DNA of 64,000 nucleotides, taken from positions 1-64,000 of IMG/VR virus record IMGVR_UViG_2934156241_000001; one strand, 5' to 3'. Below, piece by piece: positions 18,865 to 28,268 of the stretch. Made by a program: the position numbers and the translations under genes. This stretch comes from a virus. Lineage: Duplodnaviria; Caudoviricetes. The notes under the pieces are model-generated. The model did not search any database, was not told the origin of the DNA, and saw nothing but the letters and a program-made list of their open reading frames with translations. Each line of letters starts with the position of its first letter. Position 1 is the stretch's first letter.

Positions 18865-19211
18865 CCCGCCTCGGCCGGACGCTGCTGGCCCTGCACCTGG
18901 CCGGGTTCTGCTGGCTCGCCTACGTCGCGGCCGTCTGCGTCCAACACCGGAGCTGGCCGGAGGCCACCGCGTTCTACGCCACGGCGGTCGTCCTCGCTCT
19001 CTCGGCCGGACGAGAAATCCGGCACGAGGCAGACGCCCAGGCCGACGCCATCCGCGCCGGTCGGCCCCGGCCCGGCACAACCCGCAGCGACGCCAAAGCC
19101 ATCGTCCGCGCCGAACTCGCCGGGACCTGCCAGTGCGAGCGCTGGTGGACGACGATCGGCACCGACCACGACCCCCACTGTCCGCAGCAAACCCGCACGA
19201 ACGGAACCTGA
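18861..19211 (+). CDS. Two-TM protein with C-terminal Cys/His motif
   Basis: GTGA coupling; CQCERWWT..GTDHD..C. Confidence 0.7.
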   Translation: MTRLGRTLLALHLAGFCWLAYVAAVCVQHRSWPEATAFYATAVVLALSAGREIRHEADAQADAIRAGRPRPGTTRSDAKAIVRAELAGTCQCERWWTTIGTDHDPHCPQQTRTNGT

Positions 19212-19214
19212 CAC

Positions 19215-19589
19215 ATGAACCTGACCTCCGCCCGCCGCGCCGCGCGCACGGTGACGATCGCCGCCGTTGCCACCCTCCTGCTCACCGGCTGCGTCAAGTC
19301 CTCCCCGTCGACCAGCTCCAAGAGCACCCCCACCTGCCCGACCGCCACCCGGACCGCTACCGGCGACCTCGTGCCGCGCGGCCCCCGCCCGTGCCTGCTC
19401 ACCACCTCCCACGGCGACGACCAAGCACCGGCGGCGCAGGACACGGCGCCGGCGACCCGGCAGCCGGCCACGCCCGACTTCAAGGCGTCGGCGAAGGAGT
19501 CGGCCCCGGACAAGCAGGTCAAGCAGCCCGCCGCGCCGGACAGGCTGGCGAAGCAGCCGGCCCCCGCCCCGGCGAAGAAGTCCCGGTGA
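19215..19589 (+). CDS. Putative lipoprotein
   Basis: Signal peptide with LLTGC lipobox. Confidence 0.7.
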   Translation: MNLTSARRAARTVTIAAVATLLLTGCVKSSPSTSSKSTPTCPTATRTATGDLVPRGPRPCLLTTSHGDDQAPAAQDTAPATRQPATPDFKASAKESAPDKQVKQPAAPDRLAKQPAPAPAKKSR

Positions 19590-19891
19590 CACTTCTCCTT
19601 GTCGCCCTGGCCGCGGCCTCCGTCGTGGGGTACTCGGCCGGGCGCGCCCGCCCCGGCCAGTGGCTGCTGGACTGGGCCCGGGACGAGACCGCGATCCGGC
19701 ACAGCAGCTCACCCGTGTTCTGGGCCGCGGCCCTGGTCGTCCTCGTCGCGCTCACCAGCCGCTGGATCATCCACCCGCGCGACTCGGCCGCGAACGTCCG
19801 TTCCTGGAGGGCCAACACCCCTGGCCCTGCACCCCGCTATGACCCCGACTGGGCCGCCCCGCCCCCCACCACCGAAGGGCCGCCCCAGTGA
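19586..19891 (+). CDS. Small membrane protein
   Basis: Two hydrophobic segments; coupled ORF. Confidence 0.6.
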   Translation: MTLLLVALAAASVVGYSAGRARPGQWLLDWARDETAIRHSSSPVFWAAALVVLVALTSRWIIHPRDSAANVRSWRANTPGPAPRYDPDWAAPPPTTEGPPQ

Positions 19892-20049
19892 CCGTTCACA
19901 GGGAACTCCCCGACGACTGCCCGTGTCCACACATCCGGCACCCGGACGGCAGCCCGTGGGTGCACCGGCCAGATCCCGCGTGCCAACATCACGGCCGAAT
20001 CTTCCGACCCCTCCCGCCCACCACCGTCACGCCGATCCGAAGGAACCCG

Positions 20050-20640
20050 ATGCGCAAGATCCCGACCCTCTTCAACCGCGAACTGCCCGACCTCCGCCAC
20101 GTCCTGCCTACGGTGCACCCTGACTGCGCATGGGTCCTTGCCGGGGAAGGCACGGCCACCCGGAAATGGGACGGCATCTGCGTGAGCCTCGACGGCGCAG
20201 GAGCGTGGTGGGCCAGGCGCGAGGTGAAGCCCGGCAAGACCCCGCCCTCCGGCTACCAACTCGTGGCGGAAGACCCCATCACTGGCAAGTGCGTCGGCTG
20301 GGAGCCGATCGAGCAAAGCGGCTTCGCCAGCTTCCACGCCCAAGCACTGGCCAACACCCCTGAGCCCCGGGCCGGTACCTACGAACTCCTCGGCCCCAAG
20401 ATCAACCGCAACCCGGACGGCTTCGACGAGCACGTTCTGATGGCCCACGGCTGGTCCCCATTCTCAGTCCGCCAGGACTACGCCACGGCGCCCCGCGACT
20501 ACGACGGCCTGCGGCCGTGGCTCCAGGCACGCCCCTACGAGGGGATCGTCTGGCACCACCCCGACGGACGCATGGCCAAGCTCAAGGTCCGCGACTTCCC
20601 GGCCGCGGCCGACACCGACCAGGCCGAGAGTGCGATGTGA
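20050..20640 (+). CDS. RNA ligase-like nucleotidyltransferase (DUF5565-type)
   Basis: MRKIPTLF, ATRKWDG (motif I), YELLGPKIN.NP, EGIVW (IV), MAKLK..DF (V). Confidence 0.75.
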   Translation: MRKIPTLFNRELPDLRHVLPTVHPDCAWVLAGEGTATRKWDGICVSLDGAGAWWARREVKPGKTPPSGYQLVAEDPITGKCVGWEPIEQSGFASFHAQALANTPEPRAGTYELLGPKINRNPDGFDEHVLMAHGWSPFSVRQDYATAPRDYDGLRPWLQARPYEGIVWHHPDGRMAKLKVRDFPAAADTDQAESAM

Positions 20641-21197
20641 CGCGCACCCCGCTGGAGAACCTGACGGCCGAGGGCCTGGACCAGCTCTACGCGCGGCTTG
20701 AGGCCGCGGAGTCCGTCACCCGCCGGATCCCGCACGCCGCCCACCGCATCCGGGAAGCTCTGGAACAGCTCCCCGAACAGTGCCGCTACCACCGCGACCG
20801 CCTCGACCCCGATCACCTGTCCAGGGGGAGGGAAGCGTGCTGCGACACCGGCGTCCCCTCCCGGCGCCGCCGCGTCGCCCTGGACGCCCTGGACGGGCTC
20901 ACCGCCCCACCCCCGGACACGTGTCCGGACACCGGTCCGGACACGGTGTCCGCCCGGGGCGGCGCCCTGCGGACAGGTGTCCTCGTCGGGGAGTCCCCAG
21001 ACTGCGGACCTCTCCCCACCAGCACGGACACCGCCCGGACACCCCCGGACACGGACACCGGACAGGGTGTCCGCGTCGAGTACCGGGCCACCGTGCCCCG
21101 CTACCTCCTCGGCGCCGCGCTCGCCGAAGCACTCGGCGCGATCGACGACGCCACCCGCACCCCGCCCCCCGGCGACGCGCCACCTGATCACGCGTAA
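20637..21197 (+). CDS. Hypothetical protein containing a CGGACA repeat cluster
   Basis: GTGA coupling; PDTCPDTGPDTVS low-complexity block. Confidence 0.6.
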   Translation: MTRTPLENLTAEGLDQLYARLEAAESVTRRIPHAAHRIREALEQLPEQCRYHRDRLDPDHLSRGREACCDTGVPSRRRRVALDALDGLTAPPPDTCPDTGPDTVSARGGALRTGVLVGESPDCGPLPTSTDTARTPPDTDTGQGVRVEYRATVPRYLLGAALAEALGAIDDATRTPPPGDAPPDHA

Positions 21198-21232
21198 CGG
21201 CTACGCTCCCGCCCGTGGGACAGCGCCCCAGT

Positions 21233-21802
21233 GCCCCCGCCCGTCTCCGTCGGGCGGGGGCACGCCCATGCCGCCCCCGCCACAACGGACGAGGACGGCA
21301 CCCTGAGGGGTCAGCGCTTCGAGCCGGCTGACCGCGAGTTGATACGGGCGATCTCCACCCGAGCCCGCGCGAGCACCGCCACCACCGCGACCGAGCACGC
21401 ACCCAGCACCGCTACGACGAGGCCTGTCGTCCCTGCCATCCCAACCTCCTCTATCTGTCACGGCAGGTAACGGCGCAGAGCCCCGAAACATGCCGCGACC
21501 AGGGGAAAGGGATCACGCGCCCGGGAGCGTCCACACGTCCGGCCCGCCGCCACGCCACTCGATCAGCTCAGACCCCTCGACCACCGCATCGTCCACGTCC
21601 TCCAGACCAGCCCGACGCAGGAACTCCACGACATCACCCACCCCGTACGCGAGTCCCAAGATCGTCCCGTCCACACGCACACGACGACCACCGATCGAGC
21701 TCGGCGGGTCAACGACGACAGGCACACCTCCACCCTCCGCCGACCCATGCCCGGACGCACCCGGAACAGCAGAGCCCCCGCCCGACGGAGACGGGCGGGG
21801 GC
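21233..21802. repeat. Pair of identical 29-bp hairpins in inverted orientation (21233-21261, 21774-21802)
   Basis: GCCCCCGCCCGTCTCCGTCGGGCGGGGGC and its exact reverse complement. Confidence 0.85.
21513..21725 (-). CDS. Small Streptomyces-type hypothetical protein
   Basis: PVVVDPPS..GGRRVRV.G.ILGLA....V.EFLRRAGL...EWRGGG..W. Confidence 0.7.
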   Translation of the reverse strand: MPVVVDPPSSIGGRRVRVDGTILGLAYGVGDVVEFLRRAGLEDVDDAVVEGSELIEWRGGGPDVWTLPGA

Positions 21803-21822
21803 TCAGCAACTACTGGCTCGGG

Positions 21823-22269
21823 TCAGGTCCGGTCGACCGCCGACACTCGCACACTCGCGATATCGGCGATCTTCCCGTTCGTGATCTCCGCCTTCAACGG
21901 AGCGGTATCCGCCTTGGACGTCTTGCCCGCCCCCAACTTGTCCACCGTGACGCCTGTCTGGCCCAGGTGATCCCCGTCTTTGTCCAGGAACTCCAGCTCG
22001 GCGTAGTAGTCGGCAGCCTCGCTCCCGTGGTTCGTCACCTCGTACCGGACGACGTACGCGCCCTTCCCCCAGGTCTCGTGATCCTCGACCCCCGACCTCA
22101 CGACCTTGACGTCCTTGGACGCCGCCGCCTCCGCCGGGGCCTTCACAGCCGGCGCACCGGCCGCGGCCGACGCAGCCGACACGCCCCGCTCGGTACCGCC
22201 ATCACTGCACGCTGAAAGCGCCCCGACCGCGAGCACCCCAGCCCCTACCGAAAGCCAAACCCTGCGCAT
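21823..22269 (-). CDS. Lipoprotein with FxLYD-like Ig domain
   Basis: LSAC lipobox; VTN.G....Y...EFLDKDG..LG. Confidence 0.8.
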   Translation of the reverse strand: MRRVWLSVGAGVLAVGALSACSDGGTERGVSAASAAAGAPAVKAPAEAAASKDVKVVRSGVEDHETWGKGAYVVRYEVTNHGSEAADYYAELEFLDKDGDHLGQTGVTVDKLGAGKTSKADTAPLKAEITNGKIADIASVRVSAVDRT

Positions 22270-22374
22270 GACGCCCCTTCGATTCGTGAACCGCCGACCG
22301 TAGCCAGCCGCACCACCCGGGACCGGGCGAACCGACAGGAACGGGCCAGATGGGGGACATCTCGATCGCCTGCC

Positions 22375-22599
22375 CTACCCGCACCACCCGACATCCCGCA
22401 CCTCAAGCTCCCCCCGGTACGCAACCACCGTCACCCAGCACCGCGCCCCGAAGACATCGGCCGACTCCTCGCCACCAGGTACGGGCCACTCCTCCGGCCG
22501 CCGCAGCACGCCTTCGAGGAGGAGCCGGACCTCCTCCCGCCCCGCAGACGGCAGCCCGGCAACGACCTCAGCAGCCAGCCACTCCAACCCCACACGCAC
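22375..22599 (-). CDS. Small hypothetical protein
   Basis: GAGGAGG RBS + GTG. Confidence 0.6.
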   Translation of the reverse strand: MRVGLEWLAAEVVAGLPSAGREEVRLLLEGVLRRPEEWPVPGGEESADVFGARCWVTVVAYRGELEVRDVGWCG

Positions 22600-22684
22600 A
22601 GGCGCCTCCTCGACCTCGACAGGTGAGCACCGTACGGCCGACAGCAAGAACGCCGCGCGCCCTGTGGATAACCACCTGCCGGAG

Positions 22685-22906
22685 TCAGCCCTTCAACGCA
22701 TGAAACACAGACAGCACCACCCCGAACAGCACAAATCCCCCCGCCACGAGTGCATACCCCTGCCAGTCAACGTTCTGACCGAAGCGGATTGGCTCCCCGC
22801 CACCCAACATCAACCCGCACCGCCGACAAAAATGCAGCCCCGGGCCGTACACCTTCCACTCGGCCGCACACCGATCACACTGCACCGACCGCCCCTGATC
22901 CACCAT
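22685..22906 (-). CDS. Small Zn-ribbon plus TM protein
   Basis: CDRC...CRRC; C-terminal TM; TAGGCT 7 nt before ATG (leaderless-like). Confidence 0.55.
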   Translation of the reverse strand: MVDQGRSVQCDRCAAEWKVYGPGLHFCRRCGLMLGGGEPIRFGQNVDWQGYALVAGGFVLFGVVLSVFHALKG

Positions 22907-23088
22907 GACGCGGAGCCTACGGAGCCGCGCGCCGCCTCACAGGCAAACCAGCCAACCCGCTACGGCGCCCCGGCCCACACGCCACAGCAGCCCCCCACCA
23001 TCCCAACCGGTAGGGGACTGCTGCCTGCTCTGCTCTCTGCCGATCCCGCGCGAGGGATCAGACCGGACGGACGTCCACACCGCCCGGC

Positions 23089-23421
23089 CTACTGCTCGCC
23101 GGGGTCGTCGTCATCTGTCTTCTTCCTGCTCATCTTCGGCCGGTCGCGCCCCGACCCCGAGTAGCCGCGCTCGATGTCCTGGACAGTGCCGGCTGACACG
23201 CCGAGCTGCGTCGCGATCGTGCGATACGGAACCTTCGCCGCCCGCTGGTCCAGCACGTAGTTCCGGCGAATCGCCTTGAGTTGCTGATTTCGCTTCGGCT
23301 GCTCCTTGAGCACTCGGCTGATCGCGCGTGCCTGGGCCGCCGGATCATCCATCGCCGCAAGGCCATCCAGTGCGTCGAACACGCGCTGTGCCTCCTCCTC
23401 GAATGCCACTTCCTCGGCCAT
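23089..23421 (-). CDS. HTH transcriptional regulator
   Basis: VPYRTIATQLGVSAGTVQDIERG. Confidence 0.85.
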   Translation of the reverse strand: MAEEVAFEEEAQRVFDALDGLAAMDDPAAQARAISRVLKEQPKRNQQLKAIRRNYVLDQRAAKVPYRTIATQLGVSAGTVQDIERGYSGSGRDRPKMSRKKTDDDDPGEQ

Positions 23422-23452
23422 CCCGGTCCTTTTCTGCGGGTCGGCGCTTGCC

Positions 23453-23477
23453 CAATGTAAGGGAGTCCCTTACATTG
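23453..23477. promoter_or_regulatory. Perfect 25-bp palindrome, candidate operator
   Basis: CAATGTAAGGGA-G-TCCCTTACATTG between divergent genes. Confidence 0.8.
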
Positions 23478-23658
23478 AGCAAGGCAACGCGACGTTGCTC
23501 AGCACAAAGCCCCGGCCTGCGTGGTCGGACACGGAGGTCGGGGCTGCTGAAACGGCAATGCCCGGAGGTCGGACTCCGGGCACCGCCTTCAACCCCGGCC
23601 GTGGTCGAACACGGGCCGGGAGCACGACAGACACCTGCCTCTAACAGGAGCTGACGCA

Positions 23659-24093
23659 GTGACCAACTGTACTGATCAGAAGTTCGCGGGTTCGGCGGTA
23701 TCCCCGTTCGCCGGCCTCGTCGTCACCGCCTCCACCCTCGTCGTTGACCGTGCCCCCCGGGCGTGGACCGACGATGAGGACCCCAACGCGCCGTGGCTGC
23801 CCCGTATCCCCGGCCCGCGTACCGCGCCGGTCCCGGCCCCGCTTCGAATCCCGGCGAAAGCCCCCACGCAGCCCGTCCGGCAGTCCGCCGGATACACGTG
23901 CTGTGGGCGTCCGATGACGCAGGACGGCCAGCAGCTGGTGTGCGGGAAGTGCGGTGCCTGGTTCGAGGGAGGCGCCCTGTGGCCGTGTTCACCCGCCTCG
24001 TCCTCATCGTCCTCGGCCAGTGACTGGCAGTGCGCCCGCTGTGGCGTCTGGTTCAGCTCGGACACCCCGTCTCAGGCCTGCGGCGGCTGCTGA
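23659..24093 (+). CDS. Zn-ribbon protein
   Basis: AGGAG RBS; CCGRPM...CGKCG and CARCG...CGGC. Confidence 0.6.
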   Translation: MTNCTDQKFAGSAVSPFAGLVVTASTLVVDRAPRAWTDDEDPNAPWLPRIPGPRTAPVPAPLRIPAKAPTQPVRQSAGYTCCGRPMTQDGQQLVCGKCGAWFEGGALWPCSPASSSSSSASDWQCARCGVWFSSDTPSQACGGC

Positions 24094-24256
24094 CCCACCC
24101 CAGTAGCCCGGACCGTCGAACCCCCATTCGTACCGCAGTAGCCGGCCACCGGCAGCGGACGTTGCCCCACCCCATGACCGCCGTGGGCGGTGCGCACCCC
24201 CTTCTTCGCGCTGCCCACGGCGCTTTCCTCCATCCCGAAATCCGCAGGAGAACTCC

Positions 24257-24700
24257 ATGAACATCAAGCGCATCAGCACGAACACCGCGCTCGTCTCAGT
24301 CCCGGCCGTGATCGCGCTCGCCGCGTCCCTGCTGATCCCGACCCCGGCCATGGCCCACTCGGTCGCGGCGCCGACGGGGGGTTGCCCCGGGGCGAGGGTC
24401 GGCACGTACCGGCTGAACGGCACCTCGCACATCGAGGTGTACTACTCGCCCGCTCACGGCGGCACGAACTGCGTGAAGACCGTGTCCGAGAAGACACAGC
24501 GGCGCTACCTCCAGGTGTGGGCCACGGTCGTCGGCACCAGCAAAGTCAACGTGGACGAGGGCCTGTACCGGTCGTACGCCGGGCCGCTCGTCTTCACCGG
24601 CGTCGGCGGACGGTGCATCTCCGTCGTGGCCAAGGCCAGCCCCGGTACCAACCCCGACGAGGTCACGAAGCGGTCCCTGGACGCCAGGCACTGCGGATGA
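24257..24700 (+). CDS. Secreted SapA-like (spore-associated) protein
   Basis: AMA signal peptide; C.G...YYS...G.NCV...Y.SYAGP...G.C. Confidence 0.65.
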   Translation: MNIKRISTNTALVSVPAVIALAASLLIPTPAMAHSVAAPTGGCPGARVGTYRLNGTSHIEVYYSPAHGGTNCVKTVSEKTQRRYLQVWATVVGTSKVNVDEGLYRSYAGPLVFTGVGGRCISVVAKASPGTNPDEVTKRSLDARHCG

Positions 24701-24755
24701 TCCGGCCCGCGCACCGCGCCAGCCCCGCGACGTACATCTCCGAGGGGCGGCGGTA

Positions 24756-24956
24756 ATGGCTTTCGAATGGCTCAGGGGTGGCAACGACCACCAGCTCGCT
24801 CGCACCACCTACGCGGGCCGGCCGTCCGCGACCGAGACGGCCAACGCGAAGGACCGGGCCAAGACCCGGGCCAGGCGCGAGAAGAGCGCGCAGAAGTCCC
24901 GCCGCGCTGGCCAGGCGTGGGAGGACGCAGACCGCGCCCGCTTTAGCGGGCGGTAA
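24756..24956 (+). CDS. Small basic protein
   Basis: GAGG RBS; TYAGRPSAT...GQAWEDADR. Confidence 0.65.
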   Translation: MAFEWLRGGNDHQLARTTYAGRPSATETANAKDRAKTRARREKSAQKSRRAGQAWEDADRARFSGR

Positions 24957-25042
24957 CCCCACTCCGGAACGGACCGGGCCGCTCCTCCCAGCGGGGAGCG
25001 GCTCGGTCCTCTCTCCGTATCCCCAGCGCGAAAGGCGCCACG

Positions 25043-26215
25043 ATGACCATCCCCATTGAGCCTGAGCAGCAGCCGCGTGTGCCCGGTGTCCGGTACCAGC
25101 AGGTCACGCGGTACCGCACCGAGACGACGACGATCAACGGTGAGTCGGAGTCCCGCGAGGTGCCGTACGTGGCCTGGGAGCCGGTCCCTCCGCGCGACTT
25201 GGACGGGCTGATCATCCGTGGCGTGACCGGCGTCGCGATCGGCGTCACCGCCCTGGCCGTCACGAGCACGGCCGCGAGCATCGGCGGCCTGCTGGACAAA
25301 ATGGTCTGGGCCCCGATCGCGTACGGCGTCGCCTGCATCTTCAGCCTGGCATGGCTCGCCTGCCAGGGACTGGAGTACGTCTCGCGGCTGGAGCCGAAAC
25401 GCGCTCAGAAAGCGCGGGTCGCCGGATGGCTCGCACTCCTGGTCTCCATGAGCGCGGTTGCCTCGTTCGGTGTCGACAAGGGCGAGCCGGTCGCTGGAGC
25501 GGTCGGCGCAGCCGTCGACCTCATCGCCAAGAGCCTGTGGGTCCTGGTCCTGGAGCATCACGCCGTGCCGCTGTCCCAGGGCGTGGCGCACTGGCTCCGG
25601 CGCCGCAAGGAGCGGGCCACCGCCACGGCGGCGGTCGCCGGTCACATCCGGCGCCTGGACCAGGTCGAGGCCTACAACCGGGCTGTGTACGGGCCGACAG
25701 CTGCGACCGCCGAGGCCGTCACGACGGATGTCGAGCCGATCGCGCTGCAGGGCGGTCCGGCCGTGTCCGGACAGGTTCCGCTGGTGTCCGGCCAGACCAT
25801 GCCGCCCGCCGGGCCGGCCCCGGTCTCTGCCGCCCCGGCGCCTGCCGCACCCCCTGTACCGGCGCCTGCTGTCCCCGCACCGGCACCCGAGCCCGTGCCG
25901 GTCGCCCCTGCACCGCCCGTCGCCTCGACCCCGCCCGTCGGGCCGGCCCAGCTCGTCGACCCGGCCGCAGCTGTCCAGCCGTTGGCTACCACGGCACCTC
26001 CGGCGAATCCGGCTCCCCAACTCCACGCCGTGGGAGGGCCTTTTAAGTCCGACACCATCCGGGCCGAGATCACAGCGAATCCCGCGATCACCACCGAAGA
26101 GCTGATTGCCCGCGTGACCGAGGTCCACGGCGACGAGGACGGCAAGAACGCCGCATCCGTGCCCAGGACCCGCCGCCGCATCGAGCAAAAGGCCAAGAAG
26201 AAGAGGGCATCGTGA
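25043..26215 (+). CDS. Four-TM SpdB-like membrane protein with Pro-rich linker and C-terminal helical domain
   Basis: Four hydrophobic helices, coiled segment, PAP repeats, basic C-terminus. Confidence 0.7.
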   Translation: MTIPIEPEQQPRVPGVRYQQVTRYRTETTTINGESESREVPYVAWEPVPPRDLDGLIIRGVTGVAIGVTALAVTSTAASIGGLLDKMVWAPIAYGVACIFSLAWLACQGLEYVSRLEPKRAQKARVAGWLALLVSMSAVASFGVDKGEPVAGAVGAAVDLIAKSLWVLVLEHHAVPLSQGVAHWLRRRKERATATAAVAGHIRRLDQVEAYNRAVYGPTAATAEAVTTDVEPIALQGGPAVSGQVPLVSGQTMPPAGPAPVSAAPAPAAPPVPAPAVPAPAPEPVPVAPAPPVASTPPVGPAQLVDPAAAVQPLATTAPPANPAPQLHAVGGPFKSDTIRAEITANPAITTEELIARVTEVHGDEDGKNAASVPRTRRRIEQKAKKKRAS

Positions 26216-26352
26216 TCCACCTCATCCTCATCAGCGGGCTTCTCGGCCTGGCTACCGCCCTGTACGGGCGCACCATCGACCTCCGGTTCATCGGCGGCCT
26301 GGCAGCCATGGCCGCCCTCGCCGTCGCCCTTCTCTTTCCCGAGGCGTGGTGA
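26212..26352 (+). CDS. 46-aa two-TM peptide
   Basis: GTGA coupling; translated by hand: MIHLILISGLLGLATALYG...LLFPEAW. Confidence 0.6.
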   Translation: MIHLILISGLLGLATALYGRTIDLRFIGGLAAMAALAVALLFPEAW

Positions 26353-26636
26353 CCGCCGCCCCCGGAGCCGACGAGCTCCGTATCCGCCGCTACCTCCTGG
26401 ACCTCGGCCTGGGCATCCGCAGCGGAGAGCCGGAGCGCGCGGACCGGCCGGCCGATCACTCCGCACCCGTCACAGCCGACGACCACCGGCTCCTGACCGG
26501 CATCATCCAGCCCCGGCAGTTACGCCGTGAGGGGCGCCCGACCGACTCGGGCCCGGGGCACTCCCACACCACCACGGAAGGACTCGGCTCCGATGACGGA
26601 CATCGACCGCCGTATGACCGAGGCCGCGAGCGCTGA
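26349..26636 (+). CDS. Hypothetical protein
   Basis: GTGA coupling; PGADELRIRRYL; 3' end uncertain. Confidence 0.45.
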   Translation: MTAAPGADELRIRRYLLDLGLGIRSGEPERADRPADHSAPVTADDHRLLTGIIQPRQLRREGRPTDSGPGHSHTTTEGLGSDDGHRPPYDRGRER

Positions 26637-26787
26637 GAGCCGCGGCCAGTACCGCGAGGCTGCCGGCCTCTACCAGCAGCTCGGCAAGGACATGCAAGCC
26701 CAGCACGGTCGGTTCGACCCGCGCGCGCTCGACGCCTACGAAAAGGCGGCTCGTGCGGTCCGCAAGGACTCGGAGGCATCACCGTGA
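26593..26787 (+). CDS. Small TPR-like helical protein
   Basis: AAGGA RBS; GQYREAAGLYQQL. Confidence 0.6.
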   Translation: MTDIDRRMTEAASAESRGQYREAAGLYQQLGKDMQAQHGRFDPRALDAYEKAARAVRKDSEASP

Positions 26788-27767
26788 GCTCGGGGACGCC
26801 CGTGCGGGACCTAGACGACTTCCTCGCCGACCTCGACGATGTGCTCGCGACCACGTCCAGCGCCAGCGAGGTCGGCGAGCAGCCCGAGACTCCGGCGCCT
26901 GCTGACCCCAAGCCGGAGGCGACGCCCGACGTCGAGCCCCCGCGCACCGTCGAAGAGCCTGAGCCTGGTTCCTGGGAGCAGGTGACCGCCGGCAGCCGCC
27001 GGGTGGAGCCGGCCCGGAGCCGGGAGCGGCGAATCTCCGCGAACGGGTGGCGGCCGTACGGGCCGAGCGCGGATCTCGACGCGAAGGTCGACGAGGATGC
27101 TGCGCCTCCGGTACACGGCGAGACCGCCGACGAGCCGCAGCGGGCCGCCCCGGTACGCCCCGCCACCCCGCCGATCTCAGGCCTCACGAAGGCCACGGCA
27201 GTGGCTGACGGCGATCAGGCCGACGAGCGCCAGGCCGAGGAGAGCGACGGCGACAGCCAGGACAAGCCGGAGGAGGACCGGCCGCCGCCTACTCGCGGAC
27301 AACTGGTCATGACGGCTGTGCAGCAGTGGCGCCCACCCATCGGCCCGAGAGGGCAAGGCTGGGTGCGCGCCATGGCGTACACCGGCAGCGGCATCGTTGC
27401 CGGGCTACTCACCGGCTTCACCTCGGCGTTCTACGAGGTCCTGGTCACGATGCCGTTCGACCCTGACGCCGTCGGCGGCATCAGCCTCAGCGCCGCAATG
27501 GCTCTCCTGATGATCAACCGCTCGAAGAAGACGTTCATCATCCTCGGCGCCGCCCTGGCCCTGGTTCTGGTCGTCGCGTTCCTGACCCTCCCGGTCGCCG
27601 CCGGCGGCTTGGCCACGCTCATCGTCTGGGGCCTGGACCAGCGAGCCCGCACCATGCGCCAGCCCGTGGCCTGGATCGTCCGGGCCGTGTTCGCAGCAAT
27701 CTCCCTCGCCACGTTCGCCCTCGTGTGGACGACAGTCGTCCACTTCCTCACCGGAGCAGCCCAGTGA
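26784..27767 (+). CDS. Multi-TM membrane protein with acidic N-terminus
   Basis: Coupled ORF; four or five TM segments in the C-terminal half. Confidence 0.75.
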   Translation: MSSGTPVRDLDDFLADLDDVLATTSSASEVGEQPETPAPADPKPEATPDVEPPRTVEEPEPGSWEQVTAGSRRVEPARSRERRISANGWRPYGPSADLDAKVDEDAAPPVHGETADEPQRAAPVRPATPPISGLTKATAVADGDQADERQAEESDGDSQDKPEEDRPPPTRGQLVMTAVQQWRPPIGPRGQGWVRAMAYTGSGIVAGLLTGFTSAFYEVLVTMPFDPDAVGGISLSAAMALLMINRSKKTFIILGAALALVLVVAFLTLPVAAGGLATLIVWGLDQRARTMRQPVAWIVRAVFAAISLATFALVWTTVVHFLTGAAQ

Positions 27768-28267
27768 CTCCCGCATCGGCCATCAACGTAGGCACCCTCG
27801 CGATCATCGCCATCCTGATCGCCCTCCACGTCCGGACGTTCATCAAGGGCGGCAAAGACCCGAAAATCCTTATGTCCGGGCTCGGCGGCATGGTCGGCGG
27901 ATCATCCGTGGCCATGTGCCTCGGCGGTGCCCTCGGCTCCCTCGCCATGTACGTCGTCGGAGCGGGCAACGGCCTGAGTGGCATCGCCCCGTGGGCCACC
28001 GGTACCAGTGACGGCACGGTCGCCGGCCGCACCGTCGGCGGACTCACCATGGAGGGCGGCCTCGTCGTCATCGTGATCACCGTCATCCTGTGGGTGGCCA
28101 TCCGCGAGGCCGCCAAAGCCCAGCGGCTGCGCCTGCTGGGCGGCGTCTTCTGCGGCATCTGCCTGACCTACACCGGCGGGTACGGCGGTCTCGTCAGCGC
28201 CTCTCTCGTCCCGTTCTACAACGGACTTGGCGCCCAGGGCCTGGCCCTCGTCGAGGGGCGGTTCTGA
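27764..28267 (+). CDS. Gly-rich four-TM membrane protein
   Basis: Coupled ORF; hydrophobic Gly-rich helices. Confidence 0.75.
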   Translation: MTPASAINVGTLAIIAILIALHVRTFIKGGKDPKILMSGLGGMVGGSSVAMCLGGALGSLAMYVVGAGNGLSGIAPWATGTSDGTVAGRTVGGLTMEGGLVVIVITVILWVAIREAAKAQRLRLLGGVFCGICLTYTGGYGGLVSASLVPFYNGLGAQGLALVEGRF

Positions 28268-28268
28268 C

